Shown piece after piece: positions 1-8,261 of a stretch of 44,323 nt of DNA. Source of the stretch: a virus. The notes beneath the pieces are model-generated. The model did not search any database and was not told the DNA's origin. It was given only the letters and a program-made list of their open reading frames with translations. Numbering within the stretch: the stretch's first letter is position 1; each line of letters begins with the position of its first letter. The DNA lies in IMG/VR virus record IMGVR_UViG_3300049927_000028, positions 1 to 44,323 of that record. One strand, written 5' to 3'. Made by a program: the position numbers and the translations under genes.

Positions 1-127
1 GTGCGGACGATAAGGGATTGAGTTATGTTTCGGGGTCTCCTGAAGACATGATTTGGAAACTCGGTAAATGGAAAGAAGGCGGGAAGCTTCGCGGTCAGAT
101 TATGATCCAGAAACGTATTAAAGGGAT
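1..127. repeat. Left copy of an exact 127-bp terminal overlap (1-127 = 44197-44323); circular closure of a 44,196-bp genome
   Basis: Read directly: the window begins gtgcggacgataagggattgag..., and the same string starts at 44197 and runs to the last base. The repeat lies inside one open reading frame. Confidence 0.95.
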
Positions 128-896
128 TGAGATTGCGGTAGGGGGATGGTTCGGCCGTGGCGGATGGTCGAAGAATATCTGCGAAAACTTCGAAGAGAAG
201 AAGTTCATGAATGAGAATCTTGGATGCAATACCGGAGAGCAAGGAACAACTTTAAGGTATGTAGAGTATTCGAAGTTGTTCGAGCAAACTCTTGCGCCGA
301 TTACTGGATATCTACATGAAATAGGGTACGTAGGTTACGTAGACCAAAATTGCATGGTGGAGCCGAATGGAAAAGCATGGCCGTTAGAATTCACAATGCG
401 ATATGGGTATCCGCTTCGGAATATTCAGCAAATCCTCCATCAAGGGGATTCAATGGAATGGAAATTGGATCTCCTGCAAGGAAGAGATACTCTTCAGGTA
501 TCCAATAAAATAGCTTTGGGGGTTGTTATGGCGCACGGGTGCTACCCCACCGCACAACCCGATGCTCCTGAAGATGACGGAATACCTTTATATGGACTAA
601 CTCCGTCGAGGGAAAAGAATTTCTCCTTCCTAGAAGCCAGAATGGGCACTGCTCCCGTTACGGTCGGGAATACTATAAAAGAAATACCCATGGCGGTTAC
701 TGCGGGAAGTTGCTTTGGAGTAGCACTAGGTACTGGTAATACGGTATGCGAAGCACGGGAAAAAGCTTACAATATAGCATGGAAGATTAAGCCGCCTACA
801 AATGTGATGTTTCGTACGGATATAGGGTGCAGATTAGAAGAGCAACTCCCGGAACTCCAAAAAAACGGCTTCGCTACTGATATGGAGTATGAATGA
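3..896 (+). CDS. PurD-like ATP-grasp ligase, C-terminal part (continues 43773..44196 across the circular junction; 439 aa in total)
   Basis: Frame is continuous through the overlap. PurD-type landmarks NLGCNTGEQG, PLEFTMRYGYP, VVMAHGCYP and FRTDIG. Stop TGA 894-896 overlaps the next ATG (ATGA). Confidence 0.85.
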   Translation, partial: ADDKGLSYVSGSPEDMIWKLGKWKEGGKLRGQIMIQKRIKGIEIAVGGWFGRGGWSKNICENFEEKKFMNENLGCNTGEQGTTLRYVEYSKLFEQTLAPITGYLHEIGYVGYVDQNCMVEPNGKAWPLEFTMRYGYPLRNIQQILHQGDSMEWKLDLLQGRDTLQVSNKIALGVVMAHGCYPTAQPDAPEDDGIPLYGLTPSREKNFSFLEARMGTAPVTVGNTIKEIPMAVTAGSCFGVALGTGNTVCEAREKAYNIAWKIKPPTNVMFRTDIGCRLEEQLPELQKNGFATDMEYE

Positions 897-1249
897 GCCT
901 CCCCCCTAAAGGACGTGCTGACTACCTAGCCCTCGGTGACCATAATGCGGTTTGCTATGAGTGCGGCCGGAAGATGAAGGCAAGTATGCTGGTAAAGCAC
1001 TGGCAGGGGTATTATGTTTGCCCTGAGCACTGGGAGCCCCGCCACCCACAGGATTTCGTGAAGCCTGTAGCAGATGATATGAATGTCCCATGGGATCAGC
1101 CGGAACCAGCGTATGTATATGCGTCTTTCTGTGGACCTAACGACATAACTGCCATATCCGATTGGGCAGTAGCGGATTGCGCGATATCTGATTTCGTTTC
1201 CCCTTTCTTCGACCCTGATACTTTCTTCGGGGACGTAGCCCCTCAATAA
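893..1249 (+). CDS. Cys-rich zinc-ribbon protein of the tail-fibre module, function unknown
   Basis: ATGA overlap with the upstream stop. Motif CYECG...VCPEHWEPRHPQD. Sits directly in front of the tail fibre gene. Confidence 0.7.
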   Translation: MSLPPKGRADYLALGDHNAVCYECGRKMKASMLVKHWQGYYVCPEHWEPRHPQDFVKPVADDMNVPWDQPEPAYVYASFCGPNDITAISDWAVADCAISDFVSPFFDPDTFFGDVAPQ

Positions 1250-1257
1250 GGATTACC

Positions 1258-2754
1258 ATGACTAACACAACTTTTATCCCGAATACTACCCATATAGTAT
1301 CTACATGGCTGAATGATGTTAATTCAGTTGCTTATAATATATTGGGGAACGGGACGATAGTTCCCGCAACCACTGCGGCGGCGGTGCAAAATTTAGGTCA
1401 GATTCCTAATGTAGGCCGAGTTGTGATGGTTCCTACCGCGGCGGGGGTATGGCAAGTTTTCGGGCCTCAAGGACAGACGGTAAGTATATCCTCCTCTACT
1501 ACAGGCGGCCTTCAAGAAGCGATTAATGCTGCATGTACCGCAAGCGGTACAGTAGGTTATGATTTAGAAGTACATGGATGGCAGTTGCCTACCGGCGGGC
1601 CGGGGCCTGTGATAACCTGCTCAACTGCAATTACCTTCCCTGCAATGGAGAATAAGACCATTACAATTCGGGGGGTTAATATTAATTTCACCTCCGCGAT
1701 TGGGAGTACTGCCGCGATTACTTTCAATTCCATGGTATCGGTTGATTTGAATTTTAACGGGACTAATATTACGTCTTCGGGCACGGGGCCAGTGGTGAAG
1801 TTTGCCCCCACTTCTGCAACTCCCTTGACATCTACTACCGCGATAGCATCCAGTAGATCGTTTATACAATCCATATACAGCTCTACTTCGTCTGCATTGG
1901 TTTCTTATGCAACTACGTCGGGGGTGATTTCAGGCAGCTCATTTATATTCGCAGTATTGAATGGAGCATTGTCGGCAACGAATGGGGTATCAATTGTAGC
2001 GTCTACGAATGCGTTTTATAACTGTGAATTAAATTGCCTGAGTATAAAGAATATTTCCGGTATTGCCCTTATGATAGGAACTTCCGGTAACACAAATGTT
2101 ACTTGGAATACGCTCAAAGCGGGTATTTCCACTGGAACATCCTCGACTTCTGCGGTCAATGTGTGGGGCCAGAATAATAACATCATGGCGAGTATTGATA
2201 GTAGTGGGGGAGCGGGAGCTACGGGGATTGTACTAAACGCTTCTGCGGCTAAGAATATTTTCCGTGTACCTCAGAATGCGGCGACTACGGCAGTAACCGA
2301 TAGCTCCACTACCATTGACAATGAAGGTGTGTATGGGAACTCGAAGCCGCGTGCTCTGATAGCTAAGACGAATAGCCAGACTGTTTCTTCTGGGGTAGCA
2401 ACCGTATTAACCCTCGATACCCCTGTATTAAGTAGCGGGGGCGCGTGGAGTAATTCAAATAATCGATTCATTCCGGGTAGAAAAGGGTGGCTGCAAATAT
2501 CCGCCTACACTGAATGGAATGCTTGCGTGGACCAAACAGTGCTTTATATTGCTATTTATCAGAATGGGGTTTCGCTTCAACGAACGCAAATAGCCGCCTC
2601 GGGGACCGGAATACAAGGGGTATTTATCAACACCTTAGCCCTATCAGCGGCCGCGACAGACTATTTCCAAGTGGTTGTGTACCAAGCTTCGGGGACTACG
2701 CAAACAACTGTAGCGGCAACTTCATATGGATCATTTACCCTAATAGACGGGTAA
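1258..2754 (+). CDS. Tail fibre / receptor-binding protein with a C1q/TNF-like C-terminal jelly-roll
   Basis: SD aAGGAttacc-ATG. Ser/Thr/Asn/Gly-rich beta-rich body. C-terminal ~130 aa (RFIPGRKGWLQISAYTEW...YFQVVVYQ...GSFTLIDG) follows the gC1q pattern. Confidence 0.8.
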   Translation: MTNTTFIPNTTHIVSTWLNDVNSVAYNILGNGTIVPATTAAAVQNLGQIPNVGRVVMVPTAAGVWQVFGPQGQTVSISSSTTGGLQEAINAACTASGTVGYDLEVHGWQLPTGGPGPVITCSTAITFPAMENKTITIRGVNINFTSAIGSTAAITFNSMVSVDLNFNGTNITSSGTGPVVKFAPTSATPLTSTTAIASSRSFIQSIYSSTSSALVSYATTSGVISGSSFIFAVLNGALSATNGVSIVASTNAFYNCELNCLSIKNISGIALMIGTSGNTNVTWNTLKAGISTGTSSTSAVNVWGQNNNIMASIDSSGGAGATGIVLNASAAKNIFRVPQNAATTAVTDSSTTIDNEGVYGNSKPRALIAKTNSQTVSSGVATVLTLDTPVLSSGGAWSNSNNRFIPGRKGWLQISAYTEWNACVDQTVLYIAIYQNGVSLQRTQIAASGTGIQGVFINTLALSAAATDYFQVVVYQASGTTQTTVAATSYGSFTLIDG

Positions 2755-2757
2755 CCC

Positions 2758-3210
2758 ATGAAACCCCCCATGAACTACGATGGAGAGGGATTGAGGTTCA
2801 CGGCGCAGCATGAGGGCCGGAGGTATAAGGCATATAGAGATTCAGGGGGCGTGTGGACTTGTGGAAATGGGCATACGGCGGGAGTCAGCCCCAGTACTGT
2901 TTGTGATGATAAACTAGCCGATCAATGGTTGATGGAGGATACACAATCAGCAGTCAATGCGGTTAATAACCTAGTAAAAGTACCCTTGACACAGAATGAA
3001 TTTAATGCTTTAGTTGACTTTGTGTTCAATATTGGTGCTCGGGCTTTCATGAACTCTACTATGTTGATGTTATTGAATAGCGGAGATTATGCAGGGGCGG
3101 CGAACCAATTTGAACGGTGGACGTTATGTAAAGGAGTGGTAGTTGCGGGGTTACTAAATAGACGTAAAGATGAGAAAGCATTGTTTAATCAACCGGATGG
3201 AGAATCATAA
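2758..3210 (+). CDS. Endolysin, GH24 lysozyme (T4 / P22 gp19 type)
   Basis: EGLRF...AYRDSGGVWTCGNGHT (E-D-T catalytic spacing), PLTQNEFNALVDFVFNIGARAF and LLNRRKDEKALF. No N-terminal TM/SAR segment. Confidence 0.9.
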   Translation: MKPPMNYDGEGLRFTAQHEGRRYKAYRDSGGVWTCGNGHTAGVSPSTVCDDKLADQWLMEDTQSAVNAVNNLVKVPLTQNEFNALVDFVFNIGARAFMNSTMLMLLNSGDYAGAANQFERWTLCKGVVVAGLLNRRKDEKALFNQPDGES

Positions 3211-3611
3211 TGGACCCACTAACACTTATACTTGGATTAGGTACCTCAATCATAGAGAGGCTTTTTCCGGACCCTACGCAAGCGGCGGCGGCGAAGTTGA
3301 AGTTGCTGGAACTTCAGCAATCAGGGGAATTAGCTGCAATGACTTCCCAGACCGATACGAATAAAGCTGAAGGGGCAAGTTCAAGTGTGTTTGTTGCGGG
3401 CTGGCGGCCTTTTATTGGGTGGGTATGCGGGGCGGCCTGTGCTTGGAATTGGATAGGCCTACCTATAGTAAAAACATTGATAGTTATGGTAGGATATAAA
3501 CTCGCAGTGGATCAAGCGGATTTATCCCAGATGCTTCCAATTCTTATGGGGATGCTAGGGTTAGGGGGTCTACGTACTATTGAAAAGATTAACGGAGTAG
3601 CGTCGAAGTAG
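3210..3611 (+). CDS. Holin, GTA-type three-TM holin family (former DUF3154)
   Basis: TAATG coupling to the endolysin. FPDPTQAAAAKLKLLELQ...AGWRPFIGWVCGAACAW followed by further hydrophobic segments. Confidence 0.7.
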   Translation: MDPLTLILGLGTSIIERLFPDPTQAAAAKLKLLELQQSGELAAMTSQTDTNKAEGASSSVFVAGWRPFIGWVCGAACAWNWIGLPIVKTLIVMVGYKLAVDQADLSQMLPILMGMLGLGGLRTIEKINGVASK

Positions 3612-3670
3612 TAGTACCTATGAAAGTGAGGTGATCCTATCTACATAATAACCTTGCTACGGATTGTTTT

Positions 3671-3694
3671 AGGAGTCGAAAGACTCCTTTTTTT
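3671..3694 (+). terminator. Rho-independent terminator ending the late (rightward) unit, at the convergence point with the leftward unit
   Basis: Stem aggagtc (3671-3677), loop gaaa, stem gactcct (3682-3688), then tttttt. The minus-strand stop codon (3693-3695) lies in the T tract. Confidence 0.7.
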
Positions 3695-4067
3695 ATTTCC
3701 TAGCGAGAGCGTCGATGTAGAAGGGTAAGTGAGAGGGGGTTGTAGTACTATTCCGCTTCTTCCAATAGAGTTCCTTAACCCTCGCCGCTTGACACCTTTT
3801 GCAGTAATCGAGTGAAGCCGTGAAGAATGAAATGTCTTTTCTCTCCGTGCATCTAGGGCATTTCTTAGCACCCTCTATAACAGGATTAGGATTCCTCTCC
3901 CCCTTGGCAGGGTTTTTCTCCCGCGCCAATTCCCTTGCTTTAAGGTTCAGGCATGTTTTGCACGCGTAAGCATACCCCCGTCTATTGGGGGAGAAATGAG
4001 TTGTCTCTTTTATTTCCCTGCAAATATTACATAATTTCATTAATCTTTTCCTAGGTAGAAAATCCAC
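3693..4067 (-). CDS. Tandem zinc-ribbon protein (two CxxC...CxxC units), function unknown
   Basis: CNIC...CKTC and CPRC...CKRC. An alternative start at 4040 (MKLCNIC) forms a TAATG overlap with the helicase stop. Confidence 0.6.
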   Translation of the reverse strand: MDFLPRKRLMKLCNICREIKETTHFSPNRRGYAYACKTCLNLKARELAREKNPAKGERNPNPVIEGAKKCPRCTERKDISFFTASLDYCKRCQAARVKELYWKKRNSTTTPSHLPFYIDALARK

Positions 4068-5236
4068 ATTTCATTGTATTTCTCGCGGGTTTCGATTTGT
4101 CCGGAATTGGTCAGCCCCGCGACGATTCCGTTGAATTCTAGGAAGTCAGGGAAGGCAAAATGAATATACCGATAAGCTTCTTCATACGGGAGTTCTTTTT
4201 TCTGCTTGATGAAATCCAAAAGGCGTTCTGCGTAGAGGGATTCATCCGTGCGCCCAATTTTAGAAAACACCTTCAACATATCAGGTTCGATGTCGCAGAT
4301 CATTTGGTGGGCTAATTGAAGATCGGCAAGAGTGATAACCCTCTCATCCGAACGTGCCGCTGATATCACCATCGCTGTCTTATGCATGTGGGTTTGGCGT
4401 CGAGCCGCAAAGTTTCTCATAAAGGGGTCATTAATCATTGGTACGTCATGGTCCCAGTAGGTGGAATACCATTTATTCCCCCATGCTCGAGCTTCTTTTG
4501 TGAGAGTGAACGGGCCTACGACATTCTCGGCAATATGAGCAAGGTCATTTTGTAGTTTATCGCGCAACTCGGAATCGAAGTCGCTTAGATGTTCGTCTAC
4601 ATAGGCAATATGACGTTCTTTTTCATTTGCATACACAAACAAACAACGGGAGGTGAATCCGCCTCCGACAGCCGCCGCCGGCATGGAATCGGAAATCCAA
4701 GAAGGGGTAGTACATCCAATCATATTCACCCAAGGGGCGTCTACGCTATCATTCCCGCTTCCTTTGGTTTCTTTTGAAAGCGTCGATACCCCATCCCATA
4801 GGGTGATGTAGAGATTCAACATCTGCCGATCTTCGGGATTAATGAGATTCCCTAGTTCCCCTGCAACTAATGTCATCGCAGACATGGGGAGGAATTCACC
4901 CCCTAATGCGAAACTCTCAGTGCAAGCCGCAAGGGATTGTACAAGTTTAGGCCACGTGACGATATCGGGCCCGAAGTTGATCGCAGGGATTTCGCGCAGA
5001 AAACGCATTGCAGTATCCGCCGTAGTGGACTTTGCAATAACCCCTGGATCGGCCACAAAGATAATATAGAAAGACGGATACCATTTAAACCGTACCATGT
5101 CAATCCATACTTTCCTCCGCAAGGCTCCAGCAACCGCACTCACACCCGCCCAGAAGTGAACCTTCGAGGGCGCTTCGGTTACAGATGCGTAGGCTACATA
5201 GGCATCTAGCCAACTTTCAAGCTGTCTTGTTGTCAT
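4040..5236 (-). CDS. DUF3987-like P-loop ATPase, putative replicative helicase
   Basis: HFWAGVSAVAGALRRKVW...YPSFYIIFVADPGVIAKSTT (degenerate Walker A) and GGGFTSRCLFVY. Lies next to the DNA polymerase. Family call is from memory. Confidence 0.6.
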   Translation of the reverse strand: MTTRQLESWLDAYVAYASVTEAPSKVHFWAGVSAVAGALRRKVWIDMVRFKWYPSFYIIFVADPGVIAKSTTADTAMRFLREIPAINFGPDIVTWPKLVQSLAACTESFALGGEFLPMSAMTLVAGELGNLINPEDRQMLNLYITLWDGVSTLSKETKGSGNDSVDAPWVNMIGCTTPSWISDSMPAAAVGGGFTSRCLFVYANEKERHIAYVDEHLSDFDSELRDKLQNDLAHIAENVVGPFTLTKEARAWGNKWYSTYWDHDVPMINDPFMRNFAARRQTHMHKTAMVISAARSDERVITLADLQLAHQMICDIEPDMLKVFSKIGRTDESLYAERLLDFIKQKKELPYEEAYRYIHFAFPDFLEFNGIVAGLTNSGQIETREKYNEMWIFYLGKD

Positions 5237-5384
5237 CGGGAAACTTTGTTAGATATTCCTTCTGTTTTTCTTTGTTTGCGTAACAAACGATCTTATTTGT
5301 TCGGGTGTCCCGAAAAACTTCTTCTTTCGCGTCCCAGAACCAGTAGGTTAGTACTTCTTCATATTCAGGTGATGAGAATTTCAT
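5217..5384 (-). CDS. Hypothetical protein (55 aa)
   Basis: Start MKFSSPEYEE at 5384 makes a TAATG overlap with the polymerase stop. The longer track ORF begins at 5399. Confidence 0.5.
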   Translation of the reverse strand: MKFSSPEYEEVLTYWFWDAKEEVFRDTRTNKIVCYANKEKQKEYLTKFPDDNKTA

Positions 5385-7825
5385 TAACAATGCCCCCAAG
5401 AGATAGGTGATGTTTTTATGCCAATAGGAATGATTAATGGGTCGGAGTATGGTAATAGTATTTGTGATTGTTCAGTCATTTTTTGTATACATATTTCGGA
5501 CATTTCGGACGGGAATTGACCCGCTAATGAATCATGAACCTGTAATAATACCTGAACTTCAGGGATGTTTTCGTAAATATTAACCCATGCGCGGTTGATT
5601 ACGCAAGCGACGGTGGATTGGGGTATCCATGCGAGGGCTTCCGGGAGCAGGCCATCGGTTTTTTCAAAATAAAACCTCCGGTAGCCTAGTATGTTTTCTA
5701 CATAATGTTTGGAGGCTAATTGTTGCTCTACCCTTTCATGCCATTGTTTTATACCGGGGTATTTCCCGAAATATAACTTTTGGAATTTTTCTGCCTGATG
5801 GACAGTGACCCCCGCAGCAATAGCCATGGTTCGTGCCCCGCCGCCATAATTCGTTCCATGAATAAACGCTTTCGCTAATTGTCGTTCTTTTTTATAATCG
5901 GATTTAAATCGGATACAAGATTCCGTTCCTTCAATGAGGTCGTCTAAAGCAACTTCTTTCCCTAGCAGGGCAAATGCATTTAATAGATGCATGTCAACCC
6001 CCTTTCGAAGCGCTTCTTTTAGTTCCGCTTCCCCCGCTTCCCAGACCACCACTTGCAAATCCGCCCGGTCTAAGTCCATATCAAAAAAAGTAAATCCTTC
6101 ATCTGGTATAAAAAGTTTCCGAATATTAGGCAAACTGAGACGATTAGGATCATCATGATCGTCCCCCTTCGGGACATTCTGAAGGTTGGTTCCGCAATCG
6201 AAGGCATTCTTGGAAGAATTGAACCGATAGGTTTCTGTCCCGCAGATGTTGTATGAGCACCGCATCCTTGAATCAATATCAAGTTTGGCGGCGACGAAGG
6301 TCGAAAGGAAGACACCAAGGGTTCGGTATTCGTTAATAGCTTTAATGAGGGGCAGCATGACGGGATTTCGCTTTCCGATAAGCTGAAGGGCATCGTCGTC
6401 ACAGGTAAGATGAGAGGGCGATCCTTTCTTGGCGCGGGTAAATATCTTTTGGTTCTTGAGGTCTTCGTAGAATAAGGAACACATCTGAAGGGATGAGCGC
6501 GGATTAAGAGTATGCCCCAATGTACTCGTGAGGAAATTTTCGCAGTTTTGCATCTCAAGTTCAAGTTCTTTCGAAAGCTTTCGTCGTGCGCTAAGATTAA
6601 TTCGAACGCCACGTTGCATCGCTGATAAAACCGGCCAGAAAAGTCTTTGCTGAAACGCTTCCACATCCGCGAGTCCCAGCGACTTAATGTTCTCAAGCTC
6701 GACCTCCCCACATTCTCGAGTCCTGACGCAGTCAACAGCGTTGTATGCCCAAAGTTGATCCTCCGAGACATTCTTTGTCCATGTTTTACCATCATCTTTC
6801 CAGTATAGGTAGTCTTTGCAGTAAAGGGAGGCTTGAAATGCGAGGGATTTCGGGAGTCCCGCAAAACAAGTGTGGTGGGAGATCATTGTATCTTGGGCTA
6901 CTCGGGGTATAAAATGCCAATGACGGTAGGTGTATTGGCAATCGTAGAGGAGGTTTTGCCCGCGGACGCGTACATTCTTATGCGTGAGTAGTTTGTATAA
7001 GGCAAAGGTTATACTGGCTTCTTCTTCGAGCGGCCAGTAGCCGTTGTAGTTTTCCACGCACATTAGGGGGATGCAAAGCGCGTCTCTTTTTGTCCAGGAG
7101 ATTCCGGCGCAAGCAATGTGCCCCGCACGGGTTTCTAAGTCAAAGTCAATCCAAAGGGGAATGCCGTCGTCAAGGCGTTTAGTTAGCGCCCTTAAAATCC
7201 CCAATGCTTTGACGAACGACGGGCGGATAGTGAAATCCCAATCATCCCCCGGAATAGCGTAGGGGGGATTTTTCATAGAAAGTTCTTTTACCCTCCGGAG
7301 GTCAGAAACCACCATAGCACGATTCTCATGGATGAAGGTAACCATATAGGGCGGTAGGGTTGGGATTACCACTATTCCTGTGCGCACGCCATCAAGGGTA
7401 ATTTCCTGCAACCGGCTCCCCCGCCACTTCACAATTCCACTTGCCCCCGTCAGCGCCCACATCGCCAAGTTTCCGAACGCGATAATTATTTTCGGTTTGA
7501 CGAGTTCGATTTCTTTACGAAGACGTAAATAGCCTTGGTGAATAGGGCTAGTACAATACAGATTACGGAAAGGACGATGAGCTGGCGTAATAGTATTTTT
7601 CTTATAAGAGACATAGGAGGAGACATCATCACGAGGAGGGCGAGAATTAACGATGTTAGTAAGGTAGCAGTCATTTCTATTTAACCCCGCTTCGAAAAGC
7701 ATTTTGTTTAGATCTTCCCCCGCTCGCCCAAGAAAAGCTTCACCTGCAGTTTCCTCTTCGCTAGTGAAACATTCCCCGACAAGCATGATGGAAGCATGTG
7801 GATTCCCGGTTCCGAATCTCGGCAT
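5384..7825 (-). CDS. Family A DNA polymerase (3'-5' exonuclease + polymerase) with an N-terminal family-4 UDG-like domain
   Basis: N-terminus GTGNPHASIMLVGE...FLGRAGEDLNKML (UDG fold). Exo motifs DFDLET, NLLYD and YNAVD. Pol motifs DLDRADLQVV, RQLAKAFIHGTNYGGG and QVHDS. Confidence 0.95.
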   Translation of the reverse strand: MPRFGTGNPHASIMLVGECFTSEEETAGEAFLGRAGEDLNKMLFEAGLNRNDCYLTNIVNSRPPRDDVSSYVSYKKNTITPAHRPFRNLYCTSPIHQGYLRLRKEIELVKPKIIIAFGNLAMWALTGASGIVKWRGSRLQEITLDGVRTGIVVIPTLPPYMVTFIHENRAMVVSDLRRVKELSMKNPPYAIPGDDWDFTIRPSFVKALGILRALTKRLDDGIPLWIDFDLETRAGHIACAGISWTKRDALCIPLMCVENYNGYWPLEEEASITFALYKLLTHKNVRVRGQNLLYDCQYTYRHWHFIPRVAQDTMISHHTCFAGLPKSLAFQASLYCKDYLYWKDDGKTWTKNVSEDQLWAYNAVDCVRTRECGEVELENIKSLGLADVEAFQQRLFWPVLSAMQRGVRINLSARRKLSKELELEMQNCENFLTSTLGHTLNPRSSLQMCSLFYEDLKNQKIFTRAKKGSPSHLTCDDDALQLIGKRNPVMLPLIKAINEYRTLGVFLSTFVAAKLDIDSRMRCSYNICGTETYRFNSSKNAFDCGTNLQNVPKGDDHDDPNRLSLPNIRKLFIPDEGFTFFDMDLDRADLQVVVWEAGEAELKEALRKGVDMHLLNAFALLGKEVALDDLIEGTESCIRFKSDYKKERQLAKAFIHGTNYGGGARTMAIAAGVTVHQAEKFQKLYFGKYPGIKQWHERVEQQLASKHYVENILGYRRFYFEKTDGLLPEALAWIPQSTVACVINRAWVNIYENIPEVQVLLQVHDSLAGQFPSEMSEICIQKMTEQSQILLPYSDPLIIPIGIKTSPISWGHC

Positions 7826-8049
7826 TATTCATCCCCACTATTAGGCCAGTATTTGTCTTCCACGTCATGAGTAGCCATGAAGTCTTTAAGTGCTTGGGTA
7901 TCATTTCGATATTTAAATCCCCTCTCTACGTGAGACGCGTATAGTCTCTGCCATTCTACAGCCGTTTTTGTATCCGTCCACCGAATAGTCCCTTTCACTT
8001 CCGGGTCAGTAGTGTGATAGACGGTGTAAGGGAATTCGTAACGGATCAT
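7825..8049 (-). CDS. Hypothetical protein (74 aa)
   Basis: Track ORF. Its stop forms TAATG with the polymerase ATG and its start forms ATGA with the upstream stop. Confidence 0.6.
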   Translation of the reverse strand: MIRYEFPYTVYHTTDPEVKGTIRWTDTKTAVEWQRLYASHVERGFKYRNDTQALKDFMATHDVEDKYWPNSGDE

Positions 8050-8261
8050 ATAACCCCCCGAGAAACTAATGTAATGAATAGGATTACATTAAACAGCGTC
8101 ATGCCTCCGAGGAAATATAAAATGAAATTAATCATCTTACTATGCACCATGAATCCTTCCCCATGTATTTTATTACTCTCATAGGTCGCTTGGTGAAAAG
8201 CATCAATCGCTTGCATGAGTTCTTCGAATTCCGCTTCAGTCATTGTGGTTGGGTCAGCCAT
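8046..8261 (-). CDS. Hypothetical tail-anchored membrane protein (71 aa)
   Basis: Acidic N-terminal half and a C-terminal hydrophobic helix INFILYFLGGMTLFNVILFITLV. Coupled to both neighbours. Confidence 0.6.
   Translation of the reverse strand: MADPTTMTEAEFEELMQAIDAFHQATYESNKIHGEGFMVHSKMINFILYFLGGMTLFNVILFITLVSRGVI

Noticed and set aside
3170-3364. 64-aa ORF overlapping the endolysin/holin junction as an embedded spanin
   Set aside because: It has no signal peptide, lipobox or TM segment, and its composition is shadow-like.
6070-6864. 264-aa alternative-frame ORF inside the polymerase gene, and similar internal or antisense ORFs (for example 22726..23313, 31507..31842, 33604..33945, 39547..39894, 41034..41372, 17442..17837)
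   Set aside because: All lie wholly inside longer ORFs with clear homology-type motifs. They lack SD sites and have skewed, low-complexity composition, so they are typical shadow ORFs.
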